From an uncultured Actinomycetes bacterium (GTDB taxonomy: Bacteria; Actinomycetota; Acidimicrobiia; Acidimicrobiales; Acidimicrobilacustridaceae): 24,000 bases of DNA. Where the stretch lies: positions 75,526 through 99,525 of the forward strand of contig CALEHQ010000027.1 in NCBI GenBank assembly GCA_937876315.1, read 5' to 3'. The translations under genes and the position numbers were made by a program. Under the pieces are notes generated by a model, which was given only the letters and a program-made list of their open reading frames with translations, was not told where the DNA came from and made no database searches. Shown here piece after piece: positions 16,425 through 24,000 of the stretch (position 1 is the first letter of the stretch; each line of letters begins with the position of its first letter).

Positions 16425-17228
16425 TCAGTTGGCGAGTGTGCCGGCAAAGATCTGCCAAGCAAGCGCACTCTTCGCAACAAGGCTTAGGACGAGGTACACC
16501 TTTTCGCCGTAGAGGTAATCGGTGAACTTTCCCTTACCGCGGTACTGGAGCCACTGATTAAGAGCGAAGCAGTTGAACAACAAGAAGAGCGAAATAACGA
16601 TCCCGAATACGAAGACGGGTACCCCATCGGCATTTGCAGGAACCCCGTTGATCATTGTGTTGTCGGTAGCTGCTGAGTAGAGCGCGATCACAATGGCAAT
16701 CCACGGAATAATTCCGACAATGCAGCCGAAGATAAATGGCCGCCAGTTCACGGACTCCCGATTTTGGTTGACCTGCTCCATTACGAGCCCGAACAAAATC
16801 ATCGCGGCGTTGACACCAAAAATTGCAACGAGGGCGTAGAAGTTATTGATGCCATTGAGCAGGCAGATCAGCAGGATCATGATTGATGCGCTGACGGAGT
16901 ATTCAATCCAACGCGCGTAATTCACTCCGCGAAGCAGATTGCGTTCGTACCAGGCCCGGATGGGGGTCACTGATGTAAGGAGATGGTCGCCAGCTGCAAG
17001 AAACAAAAAGATTGCGATGGCAATCGCGAAGTTGAAACTAAAGAAGGTCTTACTTGCAGTCGTAAGTGAACCTTCAGCCCCAGGAGGGCCGGTCTGCACG
17101 GCTGCGACGATCGGAATTGCAAATGAACTACTCAGAATGAGGATGAGGATGCCCTGCACGAGATGCAGACCTCCGACTCCGATATTCCACTTGCGGAGAT
17201 TGACGAGTCGTTCTGAGGTTTCAGGCAT
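16425..17228 (-). CDS. heliorhodopsin (retinal-binding seven-helix photoreceptor, inverted topology)
   Basis: 267 aa with seven hydrophobic helices. It aligns along its length with remembered HeR-48C12. LRKWNIGVGGLHLVQ...FAIP...GPPG matches LQNFNRIAGVFHLLQ...FALP...GPPG. RWIEYSVSASIMILL matches RWVEYSLSSSVMIVL. AIFGVNAAMILFG, FGCIVGIIPWI and ISLFLLFNCFALNQWLQYRGKGK also match. VLSLVAKSALAWQIFAGTL matches VLSLVAKSALAWQIFSGTL. Schiff-base Lys is K253 (codon 16470-16472), counterion is E109, and His22 and His82 are conserved. The N-terminus is basic (cytoplasmic side). Confidence 0.9.
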   Translation of the reverse strand: MPETSERLVNLRKWNIGVGGLHLVQGILILILSSSFAIPIVAAVQTGPPGAEGSLTTASKTFFSFNFAIAIAIFLFLAAGDHLLTSVTPIRAWYERNLLRGVNYARWIEYSVSASIMILLICLLNGINNFYALVAIFGVNAAMILFGLVMEQVNQNRESVNWRPFIFGCIVGIIPWIAIVIALYSAATDNTMINGVPANADGVPVFVFGIVISLFLLFNCFALNQWLQYRGKGKFTDYLYGEKVYLVLSLVAKSALAWQIFAGTLAN

Positions 17229-17235
17229 GGATCAA

Positions 17236-17241
17236 ATGCTA
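17236..17241 (-). promoter_or_regulatory. candidate -10 hexamer TAGCAT (minus strand), 7 nt upstream of the heliorhodopsin ATG (possible leaderless mRNA)
   Basis: The minus strand reads TTTAGCATTTGATCC-ATG with no Shine-Dalgarno motif. The hexamer lies in the 60-bp divergent spacer. Confidence 0.3.
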
Positions 17242-17288
17242 AACGTTTTTGGGTCTTGCGGCCGTTAGTTGAGGCGGTCTAGTCCTAG

Positions 17289-18185
17289 ATGGGGAACAAT
17301 GACGGCATGCAGGTACATCTCGTTGACGGCACCTATGAGCTCTTTCGCCACCATTTCGCGCTGCCGTCTCGGGCCAATGCCGACGGCATGGAGGTTGCGG
17401 CAACCCGTGGTGTGGTGATGTCGATGTTCAACATGTTGGACGAAGGCGCGACCCATGTTGGCATTGCGACCGATCGCACGGTTGATTCATTCCGCAACGA
17501 ACTGTGGGATGGCTACAAGTCGGGTGAAGATCTTGATCCCGAACTTGGCAACCAGTTCCCGTTGCTCGACGAGGTGTTGATCGCTGCGGGTTTTTCGGTG
17601 TTCTCAATGGTTGAACACGAGGCCGACGACGGTATGGGTTCGGCTGCTGCAAAAGCTGCGTCTGACAAAAACGTGCAACAAGTTCTTATCTGCACTCCCG
17701 ACAAAGACCTTGCCCAATGCGTTGTTGGAAATCGCGTCGTGCAATTCGACCGTCGCAAGGGTCAGATGTTCGATCACGATGGAGTGATCGAAAAGTTTGG
17801 GGTTCCGCCAGAATCGATCCCTGATTACCTCGCACTTATGGGCGACGCATCCGATGGTTTCCCAGGGCTGCCCGGTTGGGGTGCCAAGTCGGCATCAACT
17901 GTTCTTGGTCGCTACTTGCATATTGAAAACATTCCGGCTGACCCAGCGGACTGGGATGTGCAAGTTCGAGGTGCGGCAAAGCTCGCAGCAACATTGCAAG
18001 AACAAATGGAACTCGCGATGTTGTTCAGAAAGATCGCAACGGTGGTGACCGACGCGCCGACGTTCACGACGATTGATGAACTTCGTTGGACTGGATCTCG
18101 TGACAACTTCGCCGAAGTAGCCGCACGTATCGATGCGCCTCGGCTTGTTGAACGAGCCGCGAAATTGGCCCAGACGCGAAACTGA
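17289..18185 (+). CDS. 5'-3' exonuclease / flap endonuclease (Pol I N-terminal-domain family, FenA/ExoIX-like)
   Basis: N-terminus VHLVDGTYELFR. Acidic clusters FRNELWDGYK, VEHEADDGMG and CTPDKDLAQC, plus the H3TH motif LMGDASDGFPGLPGWGAKSA. An ATG at 17307 (MQVHLVDG) is an alternative start. Confidence 0.85.
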   Translation: MGNNDGMQVHLVDGTYELFRHHFALPSRANADGMEVAATRGVVMSMFNMLDEGATHVGIATDRTVDSFRNELWDGYKSGEDLDPELGNQFPLLDEVLIAAGFSVFSMVEHEADDGMGSAAAKAASDKNVQQVLICTPDKDLAQCVVGNRVVQFDRRKGQMFDHDGVIEKFGVPPESIPDYLALMGDASDGFPGLPGWGAKSASTVLGRYLHIENIPADPADWDVQVRGAAKLAATLQEQMELAMLFRKIATVVTDAPTFTTIDELRWTGSRDNFAEVAARIDAPRLVERAAKLAQTRN

Positions 18186-18205
18186 CCGACCCGAAGGCCG
18201 GTCAG
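18182..18205. terminator. hairpin overlapping the exonuclease stop codon (convergent-gene terminator candidate)
   Basis: CTGACCGACC-CGAA-GGCCGGTCAG forms 9 bp with one mismatch. A second small hairpin, GCGCC-AAAA-GGCGC at 18225-18238, lies 3' of tatA. Confidence 0.35.
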
Positions 18206-18243
18206 TCGTAAGGAATACTGCTCAGCGCCAAAAGGCGCGAATG

Positions 18244-18453
18244 TCAGGAGTCGGACGTATCGGTGGACTCTGTGGCCTTCGAGTCGGATTCTGACGTTGA
18301 ATCTTTCGAGCCCTTGGTCTCGCCTTCCTTCAGGCCCTTTTCAAATTCACCCTTGGCGGAACCGAGGGAGCGGGCAAGTTTGGGAAGCTTTGCGCCGCCG
18401 AAGAGCAGGGCAATGATCCCGAGGATGATGACAAGTTCCCAACCGTTTGGCAT
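18244..18453 (-). CDS. tatA: twin-arginine translocase subunit TatA/E
   Basis: 69 aa. A single N-terminal helix and amphipathic helix (WELVIILGIIALLFGGAKLPKLARSLGSAKGEFEKG) are followed by an acidic tail. Confidence 0.9.
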   Translation of the reverse strand: MPNGWELVIILGIIALLFGGAKLPKLARSLGSAKGEFEKGLKEGETKGSKDSTSESDSKATESTDTSDS

Positions 18454-18569
18454 GAGGGTCCTTCCATAGGAGGAGAGCGAGAGACTGGGATCAGCCTAGG
18501 CCGATCTGGACCAACAGACGCTTTGGGGAGGTTTCAGCCTCCTCCGACGGGCTGGGTAGTGTTGGCGCC

Positions 18570-20126
18570 ATGTCGGAACACCCAATGACCGAGCGTCTGG
18601 CCCAACTGGCCGAGCGCAAGGAACAAGCCCTCCACGCCGGTTCAGAGCGTTCGGTCGAACGCCAGCACTCGAAGGGCAAGATGCTTGCTCGAGAGCGCAT
18701 CGATTATTTGCTCGATGAGGGTTCATTCCATGAACTCGACATGCTTGCTCGCCATCGTGCGCATGACAGTGGCATCGAAGAACGTCCCTACACCGATGGC
18801 GTCGTCACTGGGTGGGGAACCATCGATGGCCGAAAGGTCTTCGTGTTCTCGCAGGACTTCACCGTTTTCGGTGGAGCACTTGGCGAGGTCTTCGCCGAAA
18901 AGATCCACAAGGTGATGGACCTTGCTCTTTCTGTTGGCGCGCCGTTGATCGGCCTCAACGATGGTGCCGGTGCTCGTATCCAAGAAGGCGTCGTGTCGCT
19001 CGCTAGTTACGGCGGCATCTTCCATCGCAACGTTCAAGCATCGGGTGTGACTCCGCAGATCTCTGTGATCCTCGGCCCATGCGCTGGTGGTGCGGTCTAT
19101 AGCCCCGCTATGACTGACTTCATCTTCATGGTCGATGAAACCTCACACATGTTCATCACTGGTCCCGATGTTGTGAAGACCGTAACGGGCGAAGATGTCA
19201 CGCTCGAAGAACTCGGTGGTGCAAAGTCACACGCGAGCAAGTCCGGTGTGGCCACGTTTGTTTCTCCGGACGAGAAGTCCTGCCTTGACGACGTGAAGTA
19301 CCTCTTCTCATTCCTTCCGTCGAACAACCTCGAGACTGCACCCGAGATGCCGACAGACGACGATCCGCAACGCAGTTGCCCAGAACTCATCGACATCATG
19401 CCGGCCAGCCCCAATATTCCGTATGACATGAAGAAGGTCATCGCGTCGGTTGTCGACGACGGCGATTTCTTCGAGTACTTCCCCCGTTGGGCCGGTTCCA
19501 TCGTGTGTGGTTTCGCTCGCCTCAACGGTGAATCCGTCGGCATCGTTGGCAATCAGCCGATGGTTCTTGCTGGTGTGCTCGACATCGAGTCGGCAGAAAA
19601 GGGCGCACGTTTCGTGCGTACCTGCGATGCATTCAACATTCCGCTGGTTACCTTCGTCGACGTACCCGGATTCCTTCCTGGCGTCGATCAGGAATACGGC
19701 GGCATCATTCGCCATGGCGCCAAGTTGCTCTACGCCTTCTGTGAAGCAACCGTTCCACGTATTCAGGTCATCACTCGTAAGGCCTACGGCGGCGCATATG
19801 TGGTCATGAACTCCAAGTCGATTGGCGCCGATCTTGCGTTCGCATGGCCGTCGGCCGAACTTGCAGTGATGGGCCCGAATGGCGCTGTCGAGATCCTCTA
19901 CCGCCGTGAACTTCAGGGTGCGGCCGATCCCGAAAAGCGTCGTGCGGAACTAATCGAGGATTACACCGAACGATTCGCGAACCCGTACGTTGCGGCCGAG
20001 CGTGGATTCATCGATGACGTCATCGATCCCGCCGACACGCGCATGAAGGTCATCGCCGGTCTTGAGATGCTCAAGTCCAAGCGCGAGGAACTTCCGCATC
20101 GCAAGCACGGAAACATTCCGTTGTGA
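18570..20126 (+). CDS. pccB: acyl-CoA carboxylase carboxyltransferase (beta) subunit, propionyl-CoA carboxylase type
   Basis: 518 aa. N-terminus QHSKGKMLARERIDYLLDEGSF. Also GWGTIDGRKVFVFSQDFTVFGGALGE, GLNDGAGARIQEG, ILGPCAGGAVYSPAMTDF, LVTFVDVPGFLPG and HGAKLLYAF, as in PccB/AccD5. Confidence 0.9.
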   Translation: MSEHPMTERLAQLAERKEQALHAGSERSVERQHSKGKMLARERIDYLLDEGSFHELDMLARHRAHDSGIEERPYTDGVVTGWGTIDGRKVFVFSQDFTVFGGALGEVFAEKIHKVMDLALSVGAPLIGLNDGAGARIQEGVVSLASYGGIFHRNVQASGVTPQISVILGPCAGGAVYSPAMTDFIFMVDETSHMFITGPDVVKTVTGEDVTLEELGGAKSHASKSGVATFVSPDEKSCLDDVKYLFSFLPSNNLETAPEMPTDDDPQRSCPELIDIMPASPNIPYDMKKVIASVVDDGDFFEYFPRWAGSIVCGFARLNGESVGIVGNQPMVLAGVLDIESAEKGARFVRTCDAFNIPLVTFVDVPGFLPGVDQEYGGIIRHGAKLLYAFCEATVPRIQVITRKAYGGAYVVMNSKSIGADLAFAWPSAELAVMGPNGAVEILYRRELQGAADPEKRRAELIEDYTERFANPYVAAERGFIDDVIDPADTRMKVIAGLEMLKSKREELPHRKHGNIPL

Positions 20127-20326
20127 GCGATTCGTCGCCGAGCGTGCGCATCACGCCCGAACCGACCATTGAAGAGGCAGCAGCAATTGCTGCTGCTATT
20201 GAAGTCACCCGACCTCGAATCATGGTGGGACAGGAAGTCGAGCCGGAATCGCGATGGCGATTCAGCGGCCGTTGGTGGTCGCGTCAGGTGGCATCCCGTC
20301 GCGCACGACCCGCTGCTCGCAACTAA
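20123..20326 (+). CDS. acyl-CoA carboxylase epsilon subunit
   Basis: 67-aa ORF with a GTG start overlapping the pccB stop (GTGA). It has an Ala-rich helix EEAAAIAAAIEV and a Trp/Arg-rich tail RWRFSGRWWSR, typical of actinobacterial AccE. The position after the beta subunit is conserved. Confidence 0.6.
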   Translation: MSDSSPSVRITPEPTIEEAAAIAAAIEVTRPRIMVGQEVEPESRWRFSGRWWSRQVASRRARPAARN

Positions 20327-20375
20327 GGCTGAACGAAACCACGAAACCCAGTGCCCTTGATCGGCCAAAGGGCGG

Positions 20376-21533
20376 GTGGCCCGGCACCTCGCTTCTGCCG
20401 TTAGCGTTTCGGTCGTGCCTACGTCGCCGCTATCTGATCTACGCGTCATCGACATCTCTACGGTTCTGGCCGGACCTGGTTGTGCCCGACACTTGGCCGA
20501 CTTCGGTGCTGACGTCATCAAGGTGGAGCGCCCCGGGAAGGGTGACACCGTTCGCGATATGGGATGGCGCGATCCATCCGATGACATCACCTTGTTCTGG
20601 AAAGTTGCCGGTCGAGGAAAGCGCACCATTGCTCTTGATCTGAAAACCGAAGAGGGGTTGTCGGTTCTTCGTCGGTTGCTCGATACAGCCGACGTGCTCG
20701 TCGAAAATTTTCGGCCCGGAAAGCTCGAAGCACTGGGGCTTGACCCGGACACGCTCCACGCAACAAACCCGAAGCTGATCATTACTCGCGTGACGGGATT
20801 CGGTCAGACCGGTCCGTATCGAGATCGCCCTGGCTTTGCGACACTGGCCGAAGCGATGTCGGGATTCGCGAACGTGAATGGTGAACCCGATGGTGCGCCA
20901 ACGCTTCCACCCATCGCGCTTACCGACGAAGTGACGGCAATCGTCGCTGCATTCGCCACGATGGTCGCATTGCACTCAGGGGCTGGGCAGGTTGTCGACG
21001 TCAATCTTCTCGAGTCGATGTTGCACCTGATGGGCCCACTGCTTTCCGCAAACGCGCTCACTGGCTACGAACAACCTCGTCTCGGATCGGGCATTCCCTA
21101 TTCGGTGCCGCGCAATACCTATCAGTGCTCCGATGGGAAGTGGGTCGCGATCTCAACGACTGCGGAGTCGGTTGCACAGCGGCTGATGGCGTTAGTGGGT
21201 GCTCCTGATGATCCACGGTTCGATGGTTTCGAAAACCGAGTCGCCAATCGCGAGCTCATTGATGAGATCGTCGGCGAATGGGTGTCGCAACGGCCTCTCG
21301 AACTTGTGCTTGCTGAAGCGGAACTTGCCGAAGTTGCGGTTGCGCCGGTCCACTCAATGGCTGATGTTGTGAATGATCCGCATCTACGTGAACGCAACGC
21401 GATTATCGAAGTCGATGGCGTCCCGATGCAGAATGTGATCGCTCGTTTGTCAGCGACACCTGGCGCAGTTCGCTTTGCAGCCCGTGGTCTTGGCGCCGAT
21501 ACAGACGCCGTGATCGCAGAACTCGACGACTGA
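20376..21533 (+). CDS. family III CoA-transferase (CaiB/BaiF/Frc family), substrate unknown
   Basis: LSDLRVIDISTVLAGPGCARHLADFGADVIKVERPGKGDTVR is the hallmark N-terminus. Also LVENFRPG and a candidate catalytic-Asp region IALTDEVTA. A GTG at 20415 is a plausible alternative start. Confidence 0.85.
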   Translation: MARHLASAVSVSVVPTSPLSDLRVIDISTVLAGPGCARHLADFGADVIKVERPGKGDTVRDMGWRDPSDDITLFWKVAGRGKRTIALDLKTEEGLSVLRRLLDTADVLVENFRPGKLEALGLDPDTLHATNPKLIITRVTGFGQTGPYRDRPGFATLAEAMSGFANVNGEPDGAPTLPPIALTDEVTAIVAAFATMVALHSGAGQVVDVNLLESMLHLMGPLLSANALTGYEQPRLGSGIPYSVPRNTYQCSDGKWVAISTTAESVAQRLMALVGAPDDPRFDGFENRVANRELIDEIVGEWVSQRPLELVLAEAELAEVAVAPVHSMADVVNDPHLRERNAIIEVDGVPMQNVIARLSATPGAVRFAARGLGADTDAVIAELDD

Positions 21534-21538
21534 CGTCG

Positions 21539-23551
21539 TCAGCCGCGAGTTTCAGCAACAAGTGCGGCGATATCGCTCATGATGTGGCCGAGCTCAAAGT
21601 CTTTGGGTGTGTAGACGCGAGCGACGCCGGCCGCAAGCAGCTTGGGTCGGTCATCTTCGGGGATGATCCCGCCGACAATGACGGGACAGGTCACGCCCTC
21701 GGCCCGGAGTCGTTCGACGACATCGGGAACGAGTTGCATGTGGCTTCCGGAAAGAATTGAAAGTCCGACGACGTCAACGTCTTCGTCCCGAGCAACTGCG
21801 GCAATCTGAGTTGGGGTGAGGCGTATGCCTTGATAGATGACTTCCATGCCGGCGTCACGCGCCGCTACTGCGATCTGTTCAGCGCCATTGGAGTGACCGT
21901 CAAGGCCAGGCTTGCCCACGAGGAACCGCGGAGGACCGCCGGCCATGGTCTTGACTCGTTCAGCGACGGCTCGAAGATCTTCAGGCATGGTGCCGACGCC
22001 AGCAGCGGCTGCGACGCCGGTTGGGGCGCGGTATTCGCCAAAAACCTCGCGCAGTGCCCCCGCCCATTCGCCCGTGGTTCCGCCAGCAACAGCCAAGGCA
22101 ATGGTTGCTCCCATGATGTTTTCGTCAGTGAGGGCAACACGGCGCAATTCGGCGAGGGCGGCTTCGACGGCAGCGTTGTCGCGAGCGGCCCGCCATGTTT
22201 CAACCTCAGAAATGGTCTGTGCCTCGACAGCGGGATCGACGCGAAGAATTGACTCATCGCCAGAAAGTGGAGAGTCAGCGGCTTCGGTGAACTTGTTGAC
22301 ACCGACGACGATCTGCTCGCCGGTTTCGATACGACGAACTCGATCGGTGTTCGATGCAACAAGGCGACCCTTGAGTTCTTCGATGGCGGAAAAAGCCCCG
22401 CCCATTGCCAAAATCTCTTCGAGTTCAGCACGCGCTGCAGTAACCAGTTCATCAGTGAGGCCTTCGATGACGTGAGAGCCATTGAAGATGTCCTCGTATT
22501 CGAGAAGATCGGTTTCGAAGGCGAGGACTTGTTGCATGCGGAGCGACCATTGCTGATCCCATGGCCGGGGGAGACCGAGGGCTTCGTTCCATGCGGGAAG
22601 CTGCAGGGATCGAGCGCGCGCATCTTTTGAAAGGGTGACGCCGAGCATCTCTAGCACGATTCTCTGCACGTTGTTTTCGGGCTGTGCTTCAGTGAGTCCA
22701 AGGGAGTTCACCTGCACGCCATAGCGGAAGCGCCGAGCCTTGGCATCGGTGACGCCGTAGCGCTCAAGGCAGATTTCATCCCACATCTTTGTGAACGCAC
22801 GCATCTTGCACACTTCTTCAACAAAGCGAATGCCCGAGTTCACGAAGAACGAGAGAGAAGCAACGACCGCAGACATTCGATCGGCGGGAACCTGACCGCT
22901 GTCGCGCACCGCATCAAGAACATCGATTGCCGTTGCCAGCGAGTACGCAATTTCCTGAACCGTTGTGGCTCCGGCTTCTTGAAGGTGATAGCTGCAGACG
23001 TTCATCGGATTCCATGCCGGGATGTTTTCCGAGCACCATGCAACCATGTCGACGATGAGCCGACGGGAAGGCCCTGGCGGGAAGATGTACGTGCCTCGCG
23101 AGAGGTATTCCTTCACGATGTCGTTCTGAGTTGTGCCGCGTAGTTCGCTTGATGCAACTCCGTTCTCTGCTGCGTAGGCGACATACAGAGCAAGAAGCCA
23201 GGCTGCAGTCGCGTTGATTGTCATCGAAGTGTTCATCCCGCCAACGGGGATGCCTTCAAGGAGTTCGCGCATATGGCCAATTTCGGCAACAGGAACGCCG
23301 ACCTTGCCGACTTCGCCGCGCGAGCGCGGATCATCGGGGTCGTAACCGGTCTGGGTTGGAAGATCGAACGCAATCGACAGGCCGGTCTGACCCTTAGCCA
23401 AGTTGGTTCGGTAGAGCTCGTTCGAGGCGCGCGCGGTTGAGTGCCCTGAGTAGGTGCGCATCATCCACGGACGATCGGCTGATCGAATCGATTCTCCAGA
23501 AGGGGTCGAGCTCATATCTCCATGGTCGCCCACTGATGGTTGCTTTGTCAC
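21539..23551 (-). CDS. ecm: B12-dependent acyl-CoA mutase, single-chain MeaA/ethylmalonyl-CoA mutase type
   Basis: 670 aa. RPWMMRTYSGHSTARASNELYRTNLAKGQTGLSIAFDLPTQTGYDPDD matches the MeaA/Ecm signature (TY.GHS...PTQTGYD). It does not match the MCM signature (QYAGFST...ATHRGYDSD). The C-terminal B12-binding domain has GLDGHSNGAEQIA (DxHxxG) and SILSGSH. The GTG start overlaps the aat stop. Confidence 0.8.
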   Translation of the reverse strand: MTKQPSVGDHGDMSSTPSGESIRSADRPWMMRTYSGHSTARASNELYRTNLAKGQTGLSIAFDLPTQTGYDPDDPRSRGEVGKVGVPVAEIGHMRELLEGIPVGGMNTSMTINATAAWLLALYVAYAAENGVASSELRGTTQNDIVKEYLSRGTYIFPPGPSRRLIVDMVAWCSENIPAWNPMNVCSYHLQEAGATTVQEIAYSLATAIDVLDAVRDSGQVPADRMSAVVASLSFFVNSGIRFVEEVCKMRAFTKMWDEICLERYGVTDAKARRFRYGVQVNSLGLTEAQPENNVQRIVLEMLGVTLSKDARARSLQLPAWNEALGLPRPWDQQWSLRMQQVLAFETDLLEYEDIFNGSHVIEGLTDELVTAARAELEEILAMGGAFSAIEELKGRLVASNTDRVRRIETGEQIVVGVNKFTEAADSPLSGDESILRVDPAVEAQTISEVETWRAARDNAAVEAALAELRRVALTDENIMGATIALAVAGGTTGEWAGALREVFGEYRAPTGVAAAAGVGTMPEDLRAVAERVKTMAGGPPRFLVGKPGLDGHSNGAEQIAVAARDAGMEVIYQGIRLTPTQIAAVARDEDVDVVGLSILSGSHMQLVPDVVERLRAEGVTCPVIVGGIIPEDDRPKLLAAGVARVYTPKDFELGHIMSDIAALVAETRG

Positions 23552-24000
23552 GGTGACACCTCTGAAGTGAAGGGGCGAACGGGAATTGCTAAGGCATTGG
23601 CAAGCAGAGACAGGTACTCAGCGCGTGGGATTTCGATCGCTCCGAGGCTGGCCAAGTGGGGGGTGAGCCACTGGACATCAAGGAGGATCACGCCTTGTGA
23701 ACGCAAATGATCGACGAGTCCGACGAGTGCCACCTTGGAGGCATCACGGGAATGATGAAACATCGACTCGCCTGCAAACAGTCCGCCAATGTGGATGCCA
23801 TAAAGGCCGCCGACGAGTTCGCCTGTCGATCGGTCACGAGTCTCTACCGAGTGGGCCCATCCCAATCGGTGAAGTTCGCGATAGGCGGAGTCGATGGCCG
23901 ATGTAATCCACGCACCATCGCGATCGGGATTGGCACACTCATGAACAACTTGATCAAACGCTGTATCGATTGTGATGTCGTAACGGTCCATTGACTGTCG
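23548..24000 (-). CDS. aat: leucyl/phenylalanyl-tRNA--protein transferase (N-terminus outside the window)
   Basis: AFDQVVHECA, GAWITSAIDSAYRELHRLGWAHSVE, LVGGLYGIHIGGLFAGESMFH..RDASKVAL and LASLGAIEIPRAEY match Aat. The frame stays open upstream of the ATG at 23991 to the window edge. Homologs carry about 80 more N-terminal residues. Confidence 0.8.
   Translation of the reverse strand, partial: RQSMDRYDITIDTAFDQVVHECANPDRDGAWITSAIDSAYRELHRLGWAHSVETRDRSTGELVGGLYGIHIGGLFAGESMFHHSRDASKVALVGLVDHLRSQGVILLDVQWLTPHLASLGAIEIPRAEYLSLLANALAIPVRPFTSEVSP

Noticed and set aside
19961-20782. 273-aa ORF on the - strand spanning the pccB end, accE and the CoA-transferase start
   Set aside because: It is antisense to three well-supported genes, Ser/Arg-rich, and has no recognisable domain.
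21830-22623. 140-252-aa ORFs inside the mutase gene (both strands)
   Set aside because: They are shadow ORFs within a 670-aa gene that has strong family signatures.
21539-24000. Cobalamin riboswitch upstream of the B12-dependent mutase
   Set aside because: There is no intergenic space. The mutase start overlaps the aat coding region, and no riboswitch-like conserved core was seen.
1-24000. CRISPR arrays, transposases, integrases, prophage or defence-island genes
   Set aside because: I saw no spaced direct repeats, inverted terminal repeats or matching ORF signatures. Every large ORF has a housekeeping or metabolic assignment, apart from the 14.0-17.2 kb block discussed in the findings.

Overview
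High-GC, very densely coded chromosomal segment of actinobacterial type. The taxon is inferred from gene content and synteny: xseA-xseB, SRP RNA-dnaX-ybaB-recR, tRNA-Ser/tadA, tatA, accD5/accE-like pair. I found no mobile elements, CRISPR arrays or integrases. Most of the window is housekeeping. It also carries two separated groups of ethylmalonyl-CoA-pathway genes: ccr-mce divergent from a thiolase, and pccB-accE-CoA-transferase convergent with an ecm/meaA-type mutase. The standout is a 267-aa seven-helix protein at 16425-17228 (-). I read it as a heliorhodopsin: close similarity to my recollection of HeR-48C12, retinal Lys in SLVAKSALAWQIF, counterion Glu in RWIEYS, basic N-terminus. It lies in a small block of poorly characterised genes (SnoaL-like, poly-Pro/DUF4190 membrane protein, ATP-grasp enzyme). 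It is transcribed divergently from a FEN-type 5'-3' exonuclease. No retinal-biosynthesis gene is adjacent. The physiological role of heliorhodopsins is unresolved, so this locus and its neighbours are the best candidate in the window for an undescribed light-linked system. Other observations: a Ser-less alpha/beta-hydrolase paralog, near-zero spacing at six of seven convergent gene junctions, palindromes in the ccr/thiolase divergent region, a (CCGCCA)n coding microsatellite, and a partial L/F-tRNA-protein transferase overlapping the mutase gene. Everything rests on reading the sequence and remembered family motifs. No searches were run.
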